Of a stretch of 64,000 nucleotides of DNA, positions 35,148 to 45,181 are shown piece after piece; position 1 is the first letter of the stretch, and every line of letters starts with the position of its first letter. The notes below the pieces were generated by a model, which was not told the DNA's origin, ran no database searches, and was given only the letters and a program-made list of their open reading frames with translations. This stretch comes from Rhynchopus sp. YZ270_cl-10 (taxonomy: Eukaryota): contig OZ037834.1 of the NCBI GenBank assembly GCA_964035575.1, positions 1,984,001 through 2,048,000 on the forward strand, given 5' to 3'. Both the position numbers and the translations under genes were made by a program.

Positions 35148-38100
35148 ATGCGGAGCATGACCCTGGCAGCTGTGCTGCTGGCAACCCTGCTTGGTGCTGC
35201 AGTGGGACAGAACGCAGATGTGGCTGCACTTGATGCTGCGATTGCAGAGGCGCATGCGGACGAGCTGTTGACAGGGCGCGAGAGCATGCTGCTGGACGAC
35301 ACCTTCGCCGACACGGACACGGAGAGCGACAACGACGTTGACTCTGACGTGGACACGGAGACAGAGATGGAGATGGAGAGCACAGAGACAGAGAGAGACG
35401 AGGATCTGCTGGTGCTTGGCTGCTCAAGCCACGGGATGCTGGAGGTGTGCGTGGAGGTGCACCCTGCACTGGAGGCAGGGATCCGCTCCTGCCTGGAGAC
35501 GGGTGCGGCGGATGCGACAGAGGAGGAGGTGGCTGTGACGGGCGGGGTGAAGGGGAGGACGCCGTTTGTGCGGTCGGAGGCAGGGTCCGGGGCGCTGTCG
35601 TGCGTGGCGGGTGCTGCGGTGGTGGCGGTGGACGCGGCAGGGGAGGCAAACGTGCACAAGGAGAACCTGCTGCTGGAGGGGACGCTGATGGGGCTGTCGC
35701 TGACTGTTGTCGCAGATGATAATGGTGGGCTTGCAGTGAACTGGCATGGGACGCTGATGAGCGGGGAGATGGCGGTGGGCCGGTCGGAGGCAGTGGACGT
35801 GGGCTTCAGTGTGAACCGCCCCTCGAACACAAGCGAGGTGGTGACGGAGGTCTACTTGGACATCTCGGACCTGGCGGACGGGCTGCTGGACCTGCCTTCG
35901 CGTCTGTCGTTCTCGCAGGAGGGCCTGCCCTTCTTTGAGGGAGGTGCACTCGACGTTGCGGAGTCGTGCCCCTTTGACGCTGTGGTGGTGGCGGGTGCGG
36001 ACCTGGGGGTGGCGGTGCCGGGTGTGGAGGCGGCGCTGGTGCTGACGAAGGCGCAGTTTGACCTGTGTGCGTTTCTGTCTGACGCGGACAAGAAGACGCC
36101 GTTCCTGACTGTGGCGGCCGGGATGTCAGGCCCCATGGAGGTGAACGGGGTGCCGGTTGAGGGGCTGACGGCGGCGCTGTCTGCGGCACAGGATGCGGAC
36201 GTTGCGGGTGCCGTGGCGTGGACTGGGTCTGTTGCCGGGACGGTGCAGGTGTTCGGCGGGTCTGTGGTGTCGGCGGCAGAGGCGCAGTTCACAAGCGAGG
36301 GGATGTCGGCGTTGTCTGTCGCTGTGGACATGGAGACGGGGGGTCTGCACCTGGTAGGGGATGTGCAGTACGTATCGGGCGGATGCAGCAGTGCGAACCG
36401 TGGGGCTGTGTCGCTGTCAATCCCGTCGGTAGGAGGCTTCGCAGGGAACGGGACGCTTGTGCAGAAGGACGGGTGTGTGGGGGTGGGGACAACAGAGCCG
36501 CAGCCGCTGTGGGTGGTGGATGTGGAGCTTGCAGCGGACGCAGGTGCGCTGGAGGTGGCGGGTGTGTCTCTGGTGGGTGCGTCTGCGCACCTTGAGTCGT
36601 GGCCTGCTGCCCCTGCTGCTGTGGCGATGCCGCCGAGGTGGTCGGGCACTGTGTCTGGGACGGTTGCGCTTGGCTCCGGGAGCACAGGGACGGCCGAGGT
36701 CACAGTGGACGGGGTGGTCGGGCTGATCAGCGTTGCTGTGCAGGGTGCTGTGAGCGTCGGCCCTGTGCGTGGTGCGGTGTCCCTTGAGGTGTCTGACGGG
36801 GTGATGCGTGGTAACGGGTCCTTTGTGTTTGGTGCAGATGCAGATGCTGTGCCGCTGGTGCCGACCTTCTCCGCAGCTGTGGTGCACGTGAGCACGTACC
36901 GCCCCGAGAACGCGCACATGCCTGTGTGGGACGTGCGTGGGTCGCTATCGTCGCTGTCGGTGCACGGGTTCATGCTGGACTCTGTGTCTGTGGTGCTGTC
37001 GGCGGCCTTCGTGAACCCCGAGAAGGCGGGGGACGTGCCGGAGCTGGCGTGGAATGGGTCTGTGGCCGGGGCCGGGTCGCTGGAGGGGACGTCTGTGGCG
37101 CTGGCGGCTGCTGTGGAGGAGGGGGGGTTTGGGTCGCTGGTTGGGGCGGTTGTGGTTGAGGGTGAGGGCCTGGTGTTCAACGGGTCGATTGAGATCACTG
37201 CAGACAACGCGCGTGACGAGTTTGCGCTGCTTGCCGGGGAGGGGGAGCTTGTGCTGACGGCGACGTCGCACACGTTCATGGCGTCGCTGCTGTACAACAA
37301 GTCTGCGCGTGCTGCGGGGGATGTGCGGTATGCTGTGACTGGGACGGCAGCGGGGGCACTGCAGCTGGACGGATTGGAGCTGGCTGCGGCGTCGTTTGAG
37401 GCGACTGGTGTGGTGTCTGGGTCTGGGTCTGCGCTGACGTGGAGCGGACACCTTGCAGCAACGGGACACCTGTTTGGGGGGTCGTCGAGCGTGCAGGTGG
37501 TGTTTGCGGAGGGGGAGCTGCAGGCAGCGGAGGTGCACACAATGTTCATGACGCCGAACGGGATGCTGCAGGCAGCAGTGGACTTTGTGTATGTGAACAG
37601 CTGCACAGAGGCGTCGCGTGGGCACGGGTCTGCAAAGGTGCGCCTGCCGGGGACGGCAGACCTGACAGTTGTGACGGACGTGGCGTACCACCCGTGCAGC
37701 GGGGCGATGGAGCTGACCGGGACGTACGACGGTCGCTGGGACGGGCCCGGCGCACAGCTGGAGGCGGTGTCTGTGTGGCTGCACACGGGTGGGCACGGCG
37801 GGGCGGCGATGCTGAGCACGCGGACGTGGGTGGGGACGATGAACGCAACGACGGCGGCGGGGCTGTCGGTGTCTGTGGAGTTCAACAGCAGCAACCCTGG
37901 GGCTGTGGTGTCGACGCTGGAGTACGAGGACAGCCACGTGCGTGTGACGGCGACGGTGGACGGGACGGACTGCACTGGAGAGGGGCTGCTGATTGTGAAG
38001 GACCTGCCGCACAACATCCCTGCGATGGAGCTGGGCGTGTCGCTGACAAAGGCCTGCGGGGCGGATGCAGACCAGTCGTGGCGTGTGGAAGGATCGCTGG

Positions 38101-40580
38101 CGGACGTGCGGATCCCGTTCTACGGGAAGACGCTGATGATCTCGTCGGCGACTGTGGAGGTGACGTCGTCTGCAAGCGGGGCGAAGACGGTGTCGGTGCA
38201 GGGTGCGTTCCTCAAGGACTTTGAGCTGGACCTGTCGTTCCCACTGCCGCTGCGTGCGGAGGACGTGGGCCTGCGCGGGGCTGTGCGTGCCGGTGCGGCC
38301 ATGACGCCGGACGGGTTTGCGACTGCGTGGCAGGGGTCCGGGTCGGCGTCGCCGCTTGCAGACTCACTCGGGGCTGCGGCACCGGGGATGGTGAAGGGGC
38401 TGAAGGGTCTGGCACTGTCGTCGGCGGAGGTGGTGGTGGACTTTGGGGGCACGGCATCGCTGACGGCGACCGGGACGGCGTTTGGGCTGGACTTTGCGGT
38501 GGCAGTGTCTGTGGTGAAGACAGGGACGGTGTGGAACTACGCAATGGCGTTCACGGCGGACGAGCCTGGGAGCGTGTCTCTGTCTGGGTCTGAGAGCGAG
38601 GACCTGCCTGTGTCTGTGCGGCAGATGATGAAGTCCCTGTCGCCGTCGTGGGTGCGGTTCTCGCTGGCGAAGGCGGCGCTGGTGGTGCAGGGAGTGTCGC
38701 TGCGCCGTGGGCTGTCGCTTGCGGCCTTCCTGGGTGAGGACAACGGGCCGCTGAAGGCGATGGTGGCTGCGTGCCCGTCTGGGCTGGAGGAGCAGGTGGC
38801 GGCTGCAGGTGGCGGCGGTGCGGGTGTGACGGTTGTAGCGGACATTGTGTCGGAGGCGGAGATGACGGTGTTTGTGATGCTGGCCGGGCAGGTGGCGGTG
38901 GGGGACAGGGCCGTGCTGCGCGAGGTGGCGCTGGCGTTTGTGGTGAAGACCGGGGTGCCTGAGATGGGGTTCAAGGTGGTGCTGGACTTCACTGTCGGGG
39001 GCGGGGCGGATGCGCAGACCTTCAGTGCAGGCGGGTTCATCGGGCTGTCTGCGGCAGGGTCGCTGTCGGTGGCGCTGTCAGTGGAATCGGACACGCCGTG
39101 GGTGAGGCCGTTCGGGGTGGCGGGGGTGAAGGTGCTGTTCCCGCTCGGAGTGAAGATGACCATCACACCTGCCCTGCTGCCGTCGCAGTTTGCGCTGATT
39201 GGGGGCCTGCAGATCGGGGGTGCGTCTGGGACGGTTGCGGTCGGAGTGGACCTGCAGGACTTCTCGAAGTGTGCGCTGACAGCAGAGGTGGAGAAGTTCA
39301 ACCTGAAGGGGATCGTTACGGACGTTGTGCAGTGTAATGACTGCCTCGGGCGTGTGGCGAGTGTGCTGAGCGACGTGTCTGTCGAGCATTTTGCGGTTTC
39401 GTTCAACCCGGACCCAGTGAAGGCCGTGGCCATCACGATTGCGGACGTGTCTGTGACGGTCCCTGCAGGGGTGTCGATCGAGGTGGAGGACCTGCGCCTG
39501 TGGGGTGTGGTGCACGTGGTGTCTGCGCACTTTGCTGCGTCGGAGGGGGCGCTTGAGATTGCGATGCTTGCGGAGCCGGTGGAGTGGGGCCCGGTCTCGA
39601 TCACCAGTGTGGACGGGAAGTCGGGGCCGACGTTTGAGGTGGCGCTGACGTCGAAGCAGCAGGAGGTGCGCATTGACGGGCGGGCAGTGGTGCTGGGGCA
39701 GAGTGTGGCGCTGCTGCTGGAGCTGTCGGACGCACGCAAGTACGGGCACCTGGCGCTGTCGCTCGGGTCTGGGCTGTCTGTTGACGTGGAGCTGGAGGCT
39801 GTGGGCACACCCGGGAAGCGCGGGTTCTCGAACACGCTGACGGGGACGGTGAAGTCCGACATCGTGCGGCAGGCGGCGGAGCGTGCGACGAGCTTCCTGC
39901 TGGAGCTTGGGACGAAGGCGACGTCTGCCCTGCGGTCTGCGGGGGGCAAGGTGTCGTCTGCGCAGCGCAAGGTGCGGTCTGCCACGAAGAAGCTGAAGAA
40001 GGTGCAGTACAAGGCTCTGAAGAAGATCAGCTCGGCGAAGAGCACTGTCAACAAGTGGAAGAAGAGCCTCGACAAGAAGAAGAAGTCGTGCAAATCGAAG
40101 GAGAAGACCTGCAAGAGGAAGTGGTGGAAGTGCGGGGCTGTGCCTAAATGCTGGATCGGGTACGGGACGGTCAAGGTTGCGTACTACGCTGCAAAGAAGG
40201 TGCTGAGCGTGGCCGAGCGTGCAGTCAAGGCTGGGATCAGCGTGGCGAAGAAGGCTGTGAAGGCTGCAGACAAGGTGCTGGGTGCGGCAAAGGCTGTCCT
40301 GCGGGCTGCGTCTGCTGTCGTGAAGGCGTTCAAGAGCATTGCACGCGCTGTGGGTGGCGCACTCAAGGACGCCCTCCGCATCCACTCCCTTGTCTTCTCA
40401 AGCGATCTCTCCAACTCGGACACGGCTGTGTCGGTGAAGGCAGACATGACGGTTGTGGGCCACCGCTTCAACTTTGCCTTCAAGACCAACGTCAACTACG
40501 AGAAGTTTGTGTCGAACATTTACAACGAGTTCAGACACCACATGAGGCAGAGGTTTGGGAAGCTCATCAAGGCACTGTGA
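35148..40580 (+). CDS. Large secreted protein (1810 aa): signal peptide, acidic pro-like segment, ~1450-aa beta-rich body, Lys-rich helical hairpin with a Cys-containing tip
   Basis: Uninterrupted GC-rich ORF starting MRSMTLAAVLLATLLGAAVG. Alternating hydrophobic beta pattern throughout. C-terminal KKKKSCKSKEKTCKRKWWKCGAVPKCWIG is flanked by A/K-rich amphipathic helices. Confidence 0.88.
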   Translation: MRSMTLAAVLLATLLGAAVGQNADVAALDAAIAEAHADELLTGRESMLLDDTFADTDTESDNDVDSDVDTETEMEMESTETERDEDLLVLGCSSHGMLEVCVEVHPALEAGIRSCLETGAADATEEEVAVTGGVKGRTPFVRSEAGSGALSCVAGAAVVAVDAAGEANVHKENLLLEGTLMGLSLTVVADDNGGLAVNWHGTLMSGEMAVGRSEAVDVGFSVNRPSNTSEVVTEVYLDISDLADGLLDLPSRLSFSQEGLPFFEGGALDVAESCPFDAVVVAGADLGVAVPGVEAALVLTKAQFDLCAFLSDADKKTPFLTVAAGMSGPMEVNGVPVEGLTAALSAAQDADVAGAVAWTGSVAGTVQVFGGSVVSAAEAQFTSEGMSALSVAVDMETGGLHLVGDVQYVSGGCSSANRGAVSLSIPSVGGFAGNGTLVQKDGCVGVGTTEPQPLWVVDVELAADAGALEVAGVSLVGASAHLESWPAAPAAVAMPPRWSGTVSGTVALGSGSTGTAEVTVDGVVGLISVAVQGAVSVGPVRGAVSLEVSDGVMRGNGSFVFGADADAVPLVPTFSAAVVHVSTYRPENAHMPVWDVRGSLSSLSVHGFMLDSVSVVLSAAFVNPEKAGDVPELAWNGSVAGAGSLEGTSVALAAAVEEGGFGSLVGAVVVEGEGLVFNGSIEITADNARDEFALLAGEGELVLTATSHTFMASLLYNKSARAAGDVRYAVTGTAAGALQLDGLELAAASFEATGVVSGSGSALTWSGHLAATGHLFGGSSSVQVVFAEGELQAAEVHTMFMTPNGMLQAAVDFVYVNSCTEASRGHGSAKVRLPGTADLTVVTDVAYHPCSGAMELTGTYDGRWDGPGAQLEAVSVWLHTGGHGGAAMLSTRTWVGTMNATTAAGLSVSVEFNSSNPGAVVSTLEYEDSHVRVTATVDGTDCTGEGLLIVKDLPHNIPAMELGVSLTKACGADADQSWRVEGSLADVRIPFYGKTLMISSATVEVTSSASGAKTVSVQGAFLKDFELDLSFPLPLRAEDVGLRGAVRAGAAMTPDGFATAWQGSGSASPLADSLGAAAPGMVKGLKGLALSSAEVVVDFGGTASLTATGTAFGLDFAVAVSVVKTGTVWNYAMAFTADEPGSVSLSGSESEDLPVSVRQMMKSLSPSWVRFSLAKAALVVQGVSLRRGLSLAAFLGEDNGPLKAMVAACPSGLEEQVAAAGGGGAGVTVVADIVSEAEMTVFVMLAGQVAVGDRAVLREVALAFVVKTGVPEMGFKVVLDFTVGGGADAQTFSAGGFIGLSAAGSLSVALSVESDTPWVRPFGVAGVKVLFPLGVKMTITPALLPSQFALIGGLQIGGASGTVAVGVDLQDFSKCALTAEVEKFNLKGIVTDVVQCNDCLGRVASVLSDVSVEHFAVSFNPDPVKAVAITIADVSVTVPAGVSIEVEDLRLWGVVHVVSAHFAASEGALEIAMLAEPVEWGPVSITSVDGKSGPTFEVALTSKQQEVRIDGRAVVLGQSVALLLELSDARKYGHLALSLGSGLSVDVELEAVGTPGKRGFSNTLTGTVKSDIVRQAAERATSFLLELGTKATSALRSAGGKVSSAQRKVRSATKKLKKVQYKALKKISSAKSTVNKWKKSLDKKKKSCKSKEKTCKRKWWKCGAVPKCWIGYGTVKVAYYAAKKVLSVAERAVKAGISVAKKAVKAADKVLGAAKAVLRAASAVVKAFKSIARAVGGALKDALRIHSLVFSSDLSNSDTAVSVKADMTVVGHRFNFAFKTNVNYEKFVSNIYNEFRHHMRQRFGKLIKAL

Positions 40581-41799
40581 GTGTGCGAATGTGAGGATGT
40601 TTTGTTCTAAATGATTGTGTATTGCATATTGTTACAACTGACGGATGTGTGGGTTGTGTTTTTAAAGGGCCTTCAAAGGGCTCATCTGTTACGCTATACT
40701 TTTGCGGGGCTGTATTCTCCCCAAATGTGCTGTTCTGTATTTTTATTCATTTTTTCTTGATGAGTGTGTCTCCATCTATTGATGTGTGGTGCATTCATCC
40801 ATCGAACTTTTTACCTTCATTCTTGGAAATGTGTACGACGTAGCGAAAGAGCGGCACATGCATCTTCCAAGTTTTGATTATATTCCTTCGTTTATCAGTG
40901 TGATCTAGAACAAAAAGGGGCAGTCTCACTGCACCCAGGGGATGTGCCTTTAACTTAACCGTGCCTCCAAGGAATCGAAACCAACCGTTCCGCCTCTACC
41001 TCCATGCTTGATGCTGGGTAGGGCAGGCGGGGCAGGAGGTTTCTATTCTATTTTTCTATTCTTTTAAGGTGATAAGCAAGAGGCTTAGGGTTCATCTTAT
41101 AAAATTTTTCTTTTTGGTATGGCAAGACCGTGTGTGGTTTTACGAGATGGCTGTATGGTGTCTTTTGTGCGTGCTCTGGTGGCCGTTCATGTACACACCG
41201 TTTACACCTTTTTTGTTCCCTTTTGTTCTAAATTCAGATTGATTCTTGCTCTTTTGTTCTTCTTCTTGTCAGTATTCATTGCTCCCTTCGGAGGACTGCG
41301 TGAGGCGAGCCACACCAGAAAGACCAACCACTGTGGTTCTCCCAGCCCTTCTCGAAGCAGATTCCCCGAATACCTACTCATGCCCCCCCCCTTTCAGATC
41401 CCGAAGACCTTTGCCTCCTGATGGCTACGTTTTCCGAAGCGCTCTCGCCCCCCCTCGGGAATGAGTGTTGCGGTGAAAAATACGAAGCTTACCACAGTAC
41501 TGAGGTCTTTGCCCTGATTTGTGTGTGGGGGGGGTCCCAGTGTTCCTAATTTTGCGTTTAAAACGTTTAAAACGTTTTAAACGTTTTAAATTATTTAAAA
41601 CGCGTTTTAAACGTTTTAAACGTTTTAAACTCGAATAAAAAACGGGTGACAGTTCTGCACAAAAAAACGTAAAAAATGTGGGGGGAATTTTTTGAATTTT
41701 TTTTTCTGTATCAAAAATCATAGTTTTGGTGCATCTGGGGTCAATTTAGCCTGGTTTTTCTTGGTTTCTCCTGCTAACTTGTTTCCTGTACGGTACCCT

Positions 41800-42042
41800 A
41801 ATGAGTGCGCCAAAACCTGGCTGATCAAGCGCTTGGTGCCAGCATTTGATGTGTCAAAAATTCCCAGCGGGTTCCAGATGGGTAACAGGGTACTTAAGGC
41901 TGAGTATGACAGGGTCATGGTTCCTGTGAGAGCAGCCCTAGCAAAGAGCCTGCACATCTCGGTATACGTTGATGGCTGGAAGGCGCACAACGACGAGAAG
42001 GTGTTCACCCTTGTCGCGAGGGTGCGGATGCCCGCCCTGTAA
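41800..42042 (+). pseudogene. hAT (DUF659-like) transposase fragment
   Basis: RLVPAFDVSKIPSGFQMGNRVLKAEYDRV..LAKSLHISVYVDGWK resembles the PSR..L...Y..V...S...DGW region leading to the first catalytic Asp. It ends in a stop codon. Confidence 0.65.
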
Positions 42043-42199
42043 GCACAAAAGTTTTGGAGGAGGACTTGCACAATGCGGAGGAGATCTGCACGCACCTGCA
42101 TGAGAAAAAGATAAGTTGAGTGGGCTAGTGTGTGATGGGGACACCATGGGACACCACTGTGTCTTCTCTGTTCACAACAGCAGCGGCGGACGACCTGGA

Positions 42200-42704
42200 G
42201 AAGTTCATGCGGGTGGAGGACTCCCCTGGTAGAGCTGCTGCGACATCGACCAAGCTACCTGCAGGCGACAGCTGGCTTGCCGGAGCGATAGAGACTGTGG
42301 AGGAGACGGGAGCCTATCGCCACAGCATACGCGCACCCTTACTGGACCACGACCCCGTGTCACCGTGGGAGTGGGATCGTACGCTGAAAGACGTGCTGAT
42401 CACACCAGAAATACCGGGTGTCAGCAAGAGTGACTCTGCAAGGAGCAAAGAGAACCGGCAAAGGACGGAACTGGCTCTTGCGGCTCTGCCACCCCACACG
42501 GTACGCGTCTACACAGACGGATCCTTGCACACGGTAAACAGAACACCACGCGCTTCACTGACCACCAGACCAGCGCACCCCCAAGGAGGAGTGGGGGCCA
42601 TCTTCTATCACAACGACGGCTCCACTACACCAAAGGGGGCACATCAAGCATCCAGTGGCGCAGGCACACTCTGCTCGGCCTATCAGGCAGAGCTGGTGGC
42701 ACCT
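42200..42704 (+). pseudogene. Truncated RNase H fragment of an Ingi/I-group-like non-LTR retrotransposon
   Basis: VRVYTDGSL...GGVGAIF...SGAGTLCSAYQAELVA corresponds to the RNase HI N-terminal motifs (YTDGS, AEL.A). Truncated at a hairpin. Confidence 0.75.
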
Positions 42705-42812
42705 TGTAATTAGACACCATGCGGTGTCTAATTACACCGTGCCTGCTGCCACTGAAAAGTTCAGCAAAGAGGAAAATACCACATTTTTTCGCAAAGACAT
42801 TTTTTTTTGCCT

Positions 42813-42846
<34 letters not shown>

Positions 42847-43212
42847 CCTGAAAAGCCAAAATTCACCACCGTTTTTTATTCGAGTTTAAAACGTTTAAAA
42901 CAGTTTAAAACGTTTAGAATTTAAAACGTTTAAAACGTTTAGTTTAAAACTAGCGTTAGGAACACTGGGGGGTCCCCTTCCCCCTCACCCCTGCTCTCTT
43001 CTCCCCTATTTCCAACTCTTTCCCCCTTTTCCCGTGGGAGGTGGGAGGGCGACGGCGGCAATGCTGTTCCTTCCCATCTTCCCATTACCGCATTCGTACA
43101 AATTATCGACCGTACTAAATGTTCGACCTTTTCAAGATTTTTTCTGGAAGTTCGACCTTTTTTTACGGGCAAACATTTTTACGAACACAATATTTTAATC
43201 CTCCCCCCCCCT

Positions 43213-44862
43213 TAGGGGCGTCAGCCCTTAAGGAAATCCTTAAGAAACCTTGTCACAAAACCATATTTTTGAGTTTTAGGTTAAGAAATCCACTAAAATA
43301 GTCGTATTTGGCCCCAAAACCACCTCCCGATCACAGAAATATGTCAATAAAACCACAGACGACCTTAACAGAGGCTTTGTTACCAAAAAAAATCGGTGTT
43401 TTTATGAAAAAACACCCCAAAACCACGTCACGCTCGCGTCACGCTATTCACCGATTTTCGAACCCTTTTTGAAATATGGCTCTAAGTTCCACCAAGTCCC
43501 TCTAAACACCCCAAAACCGCCTGGGTACCCCTCGGGATAGGTTCTGGGGTGAAAATATGTGGTTTTGGGGGCTTTTCTGGTCCCCAGAGGCGTCTCAGAG
43601 CTATTTGACACACCCAAAAGCTCCATTTTTTATCAAAAAATGCTTGCTTTTTTACCTTGTCATGAGCATTAACACCCTCAATGAGACCCCCAGAACGTCT
43701 CTAAAGTCCAAAAATCACCCCGGAATTGATTCCCGGACCTCATCATAGGTGGAGTACCATGTTTCTGGGGTCAAAAATGCGTTGTGGTCCATTACTGTTC
43801 CCCCTGACAATGAGCGATAGAGTAGCGATAGAATAGAAATATGACCACCTCCAGGAAACCAAAATTTTGACAAATAACACAAAAAAATGCGTACTAAGGT
43901 GTATAAACACCCTACACCGCCTGGGTACCCCTCAGGATAGGTTCTGGGGTGAAAATATGTGGCTTTGGGGGCTTTTCCGGCCCCCAAAGACGTCTCAGAG
44001 ATATTTTTCACACCCAAAAACTGCAGTTTTATCCTACAGGGGTATAAGGGGGAGCTAAACTGCAGTTTTTGGGTGTGAAAAATATCTCTGAGACGTCTTT
44101 GGGGGCCGGAAAAGCCCCCAAAGCCACATATTTTCACCCCAGAACCTATCCTGAGGGGTACCCAGGCGGTGTAGGGTGTTTATACACCTTAGTACGCATT
44201 TTTTTGTGTTATTTGTCAAAATTTTGGTTTCCTGGAGGTGGTCATATTTCTATTCTATCGCTACTCTATCGCTCATTGTCAGGGGGAACAGTAATGGACC
44301 ACAACGCATTTTTGACCCCAGAAACATGGTACTCCACCTATGATGAGGTCCGGGAATCAATTCCGGGGTGATTTTTGGACTTTAGAGACGTTCTGGGGGT
44401 CTCATTGAGGGTGTTAATGCTCATGACAAGGTAAAAAAGCAAGCATTTTTTGATAAAAAATGGAGCTTTTGGGTGTGTCAAATAGCTCTGAGACGCCTCT
44501 GGGGACCAGAAAAGCCCCCAAAACCACATATTTTCACCCCAGAACCTATCCCGAGGGGTACCCAGGCGGTTTTGGGGTGTTTAGAGGGACTTGGTGGAAC
44601 TTAGAGCCATATTTCAAAAAGGGTTCGAAAATCGGTGAATAGCGTGACGCGAGCGTGACGTGGTTTTGGGGTGTTTTTTCATAAAAACACCGATTTTTTT
44701 TGGTAACAAAGCCTCTGTTAAGGTCGTCTGTGGTTTTATTGACATATTTCTGTGATCGGGAGGTGGTTTTGGGGCCAAATACGACTATTTTAGTGGATTT
44801 CTTAACCTAAAACTCAAAAAAATGGTTTTGTGACAGAAAAACCCCCTAGGCTGACGCCCCTA
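43213..44862. mobile_element. Palindromic (foldback) non-autonomous DNA element A
   Basis: 14-bp TIR taggggcgtcagcc. Arms of 779 bp at 43251-44029 and 44057-44835 are near-perfect reverse complements around a 27-nt spacer. An internal ~110-bp direct repeat recurs at 400-nt spacing in each arm. Flanks are tccccccccct. Confidence 0.88.
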
Positions 44863-45181
44863 TCCCCCCCCCTAGGGGGTCCGACTCCTAATAGACTTGT
44901 GTATAAAATTTCGTACAAAAAACCTTTTTTTCACGTTCTGACCATCTCCCGGGCAACTGCAGGTCATAAACACCCCCAGAATGGGTTTCTGGGGCAAGTG
45001 AGGCCGGTTTCTGACCGAAACACCTTCCGAAAATGGAAAAAATGGAAAAAATAGGCTTATTTGTGGCTATGTGCCCAAGGACGGTAAAACGGCCATTATC
45101 ACAAGAAGGGGGGATAGATGGGTGTTGCTTTTTTGTTGTATTGATGTAGCATGAGTGATTGAATACTTTGGGGGGGGGAGG

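Larger units (their letters stand above)
41538..42967 (+). mobile_element. Non-autonomous hAT transposon derivative
   Basis: TIR cagtgttcctaa / ttaggaacactg; 8-bp TSD gggggtcc (41530-41537 and 42968-42975); subterminal GTTTAAAAC arrays at both ends; hAT transposase remnant inside. Confidence 0.9.

Noticed and set aside
40955..41000. tRNA-like T-loop (ggtttcgattcc on the minus strand)
   Set aside because: I could not build a cloverleaf or an acceptor stem; at most a SINE-like remnant.
43444..44642. Mirror-image ORF pairs on the two strands
   Set aside because: A trivial consequence of the palindrome; the peptides are not protein-like.
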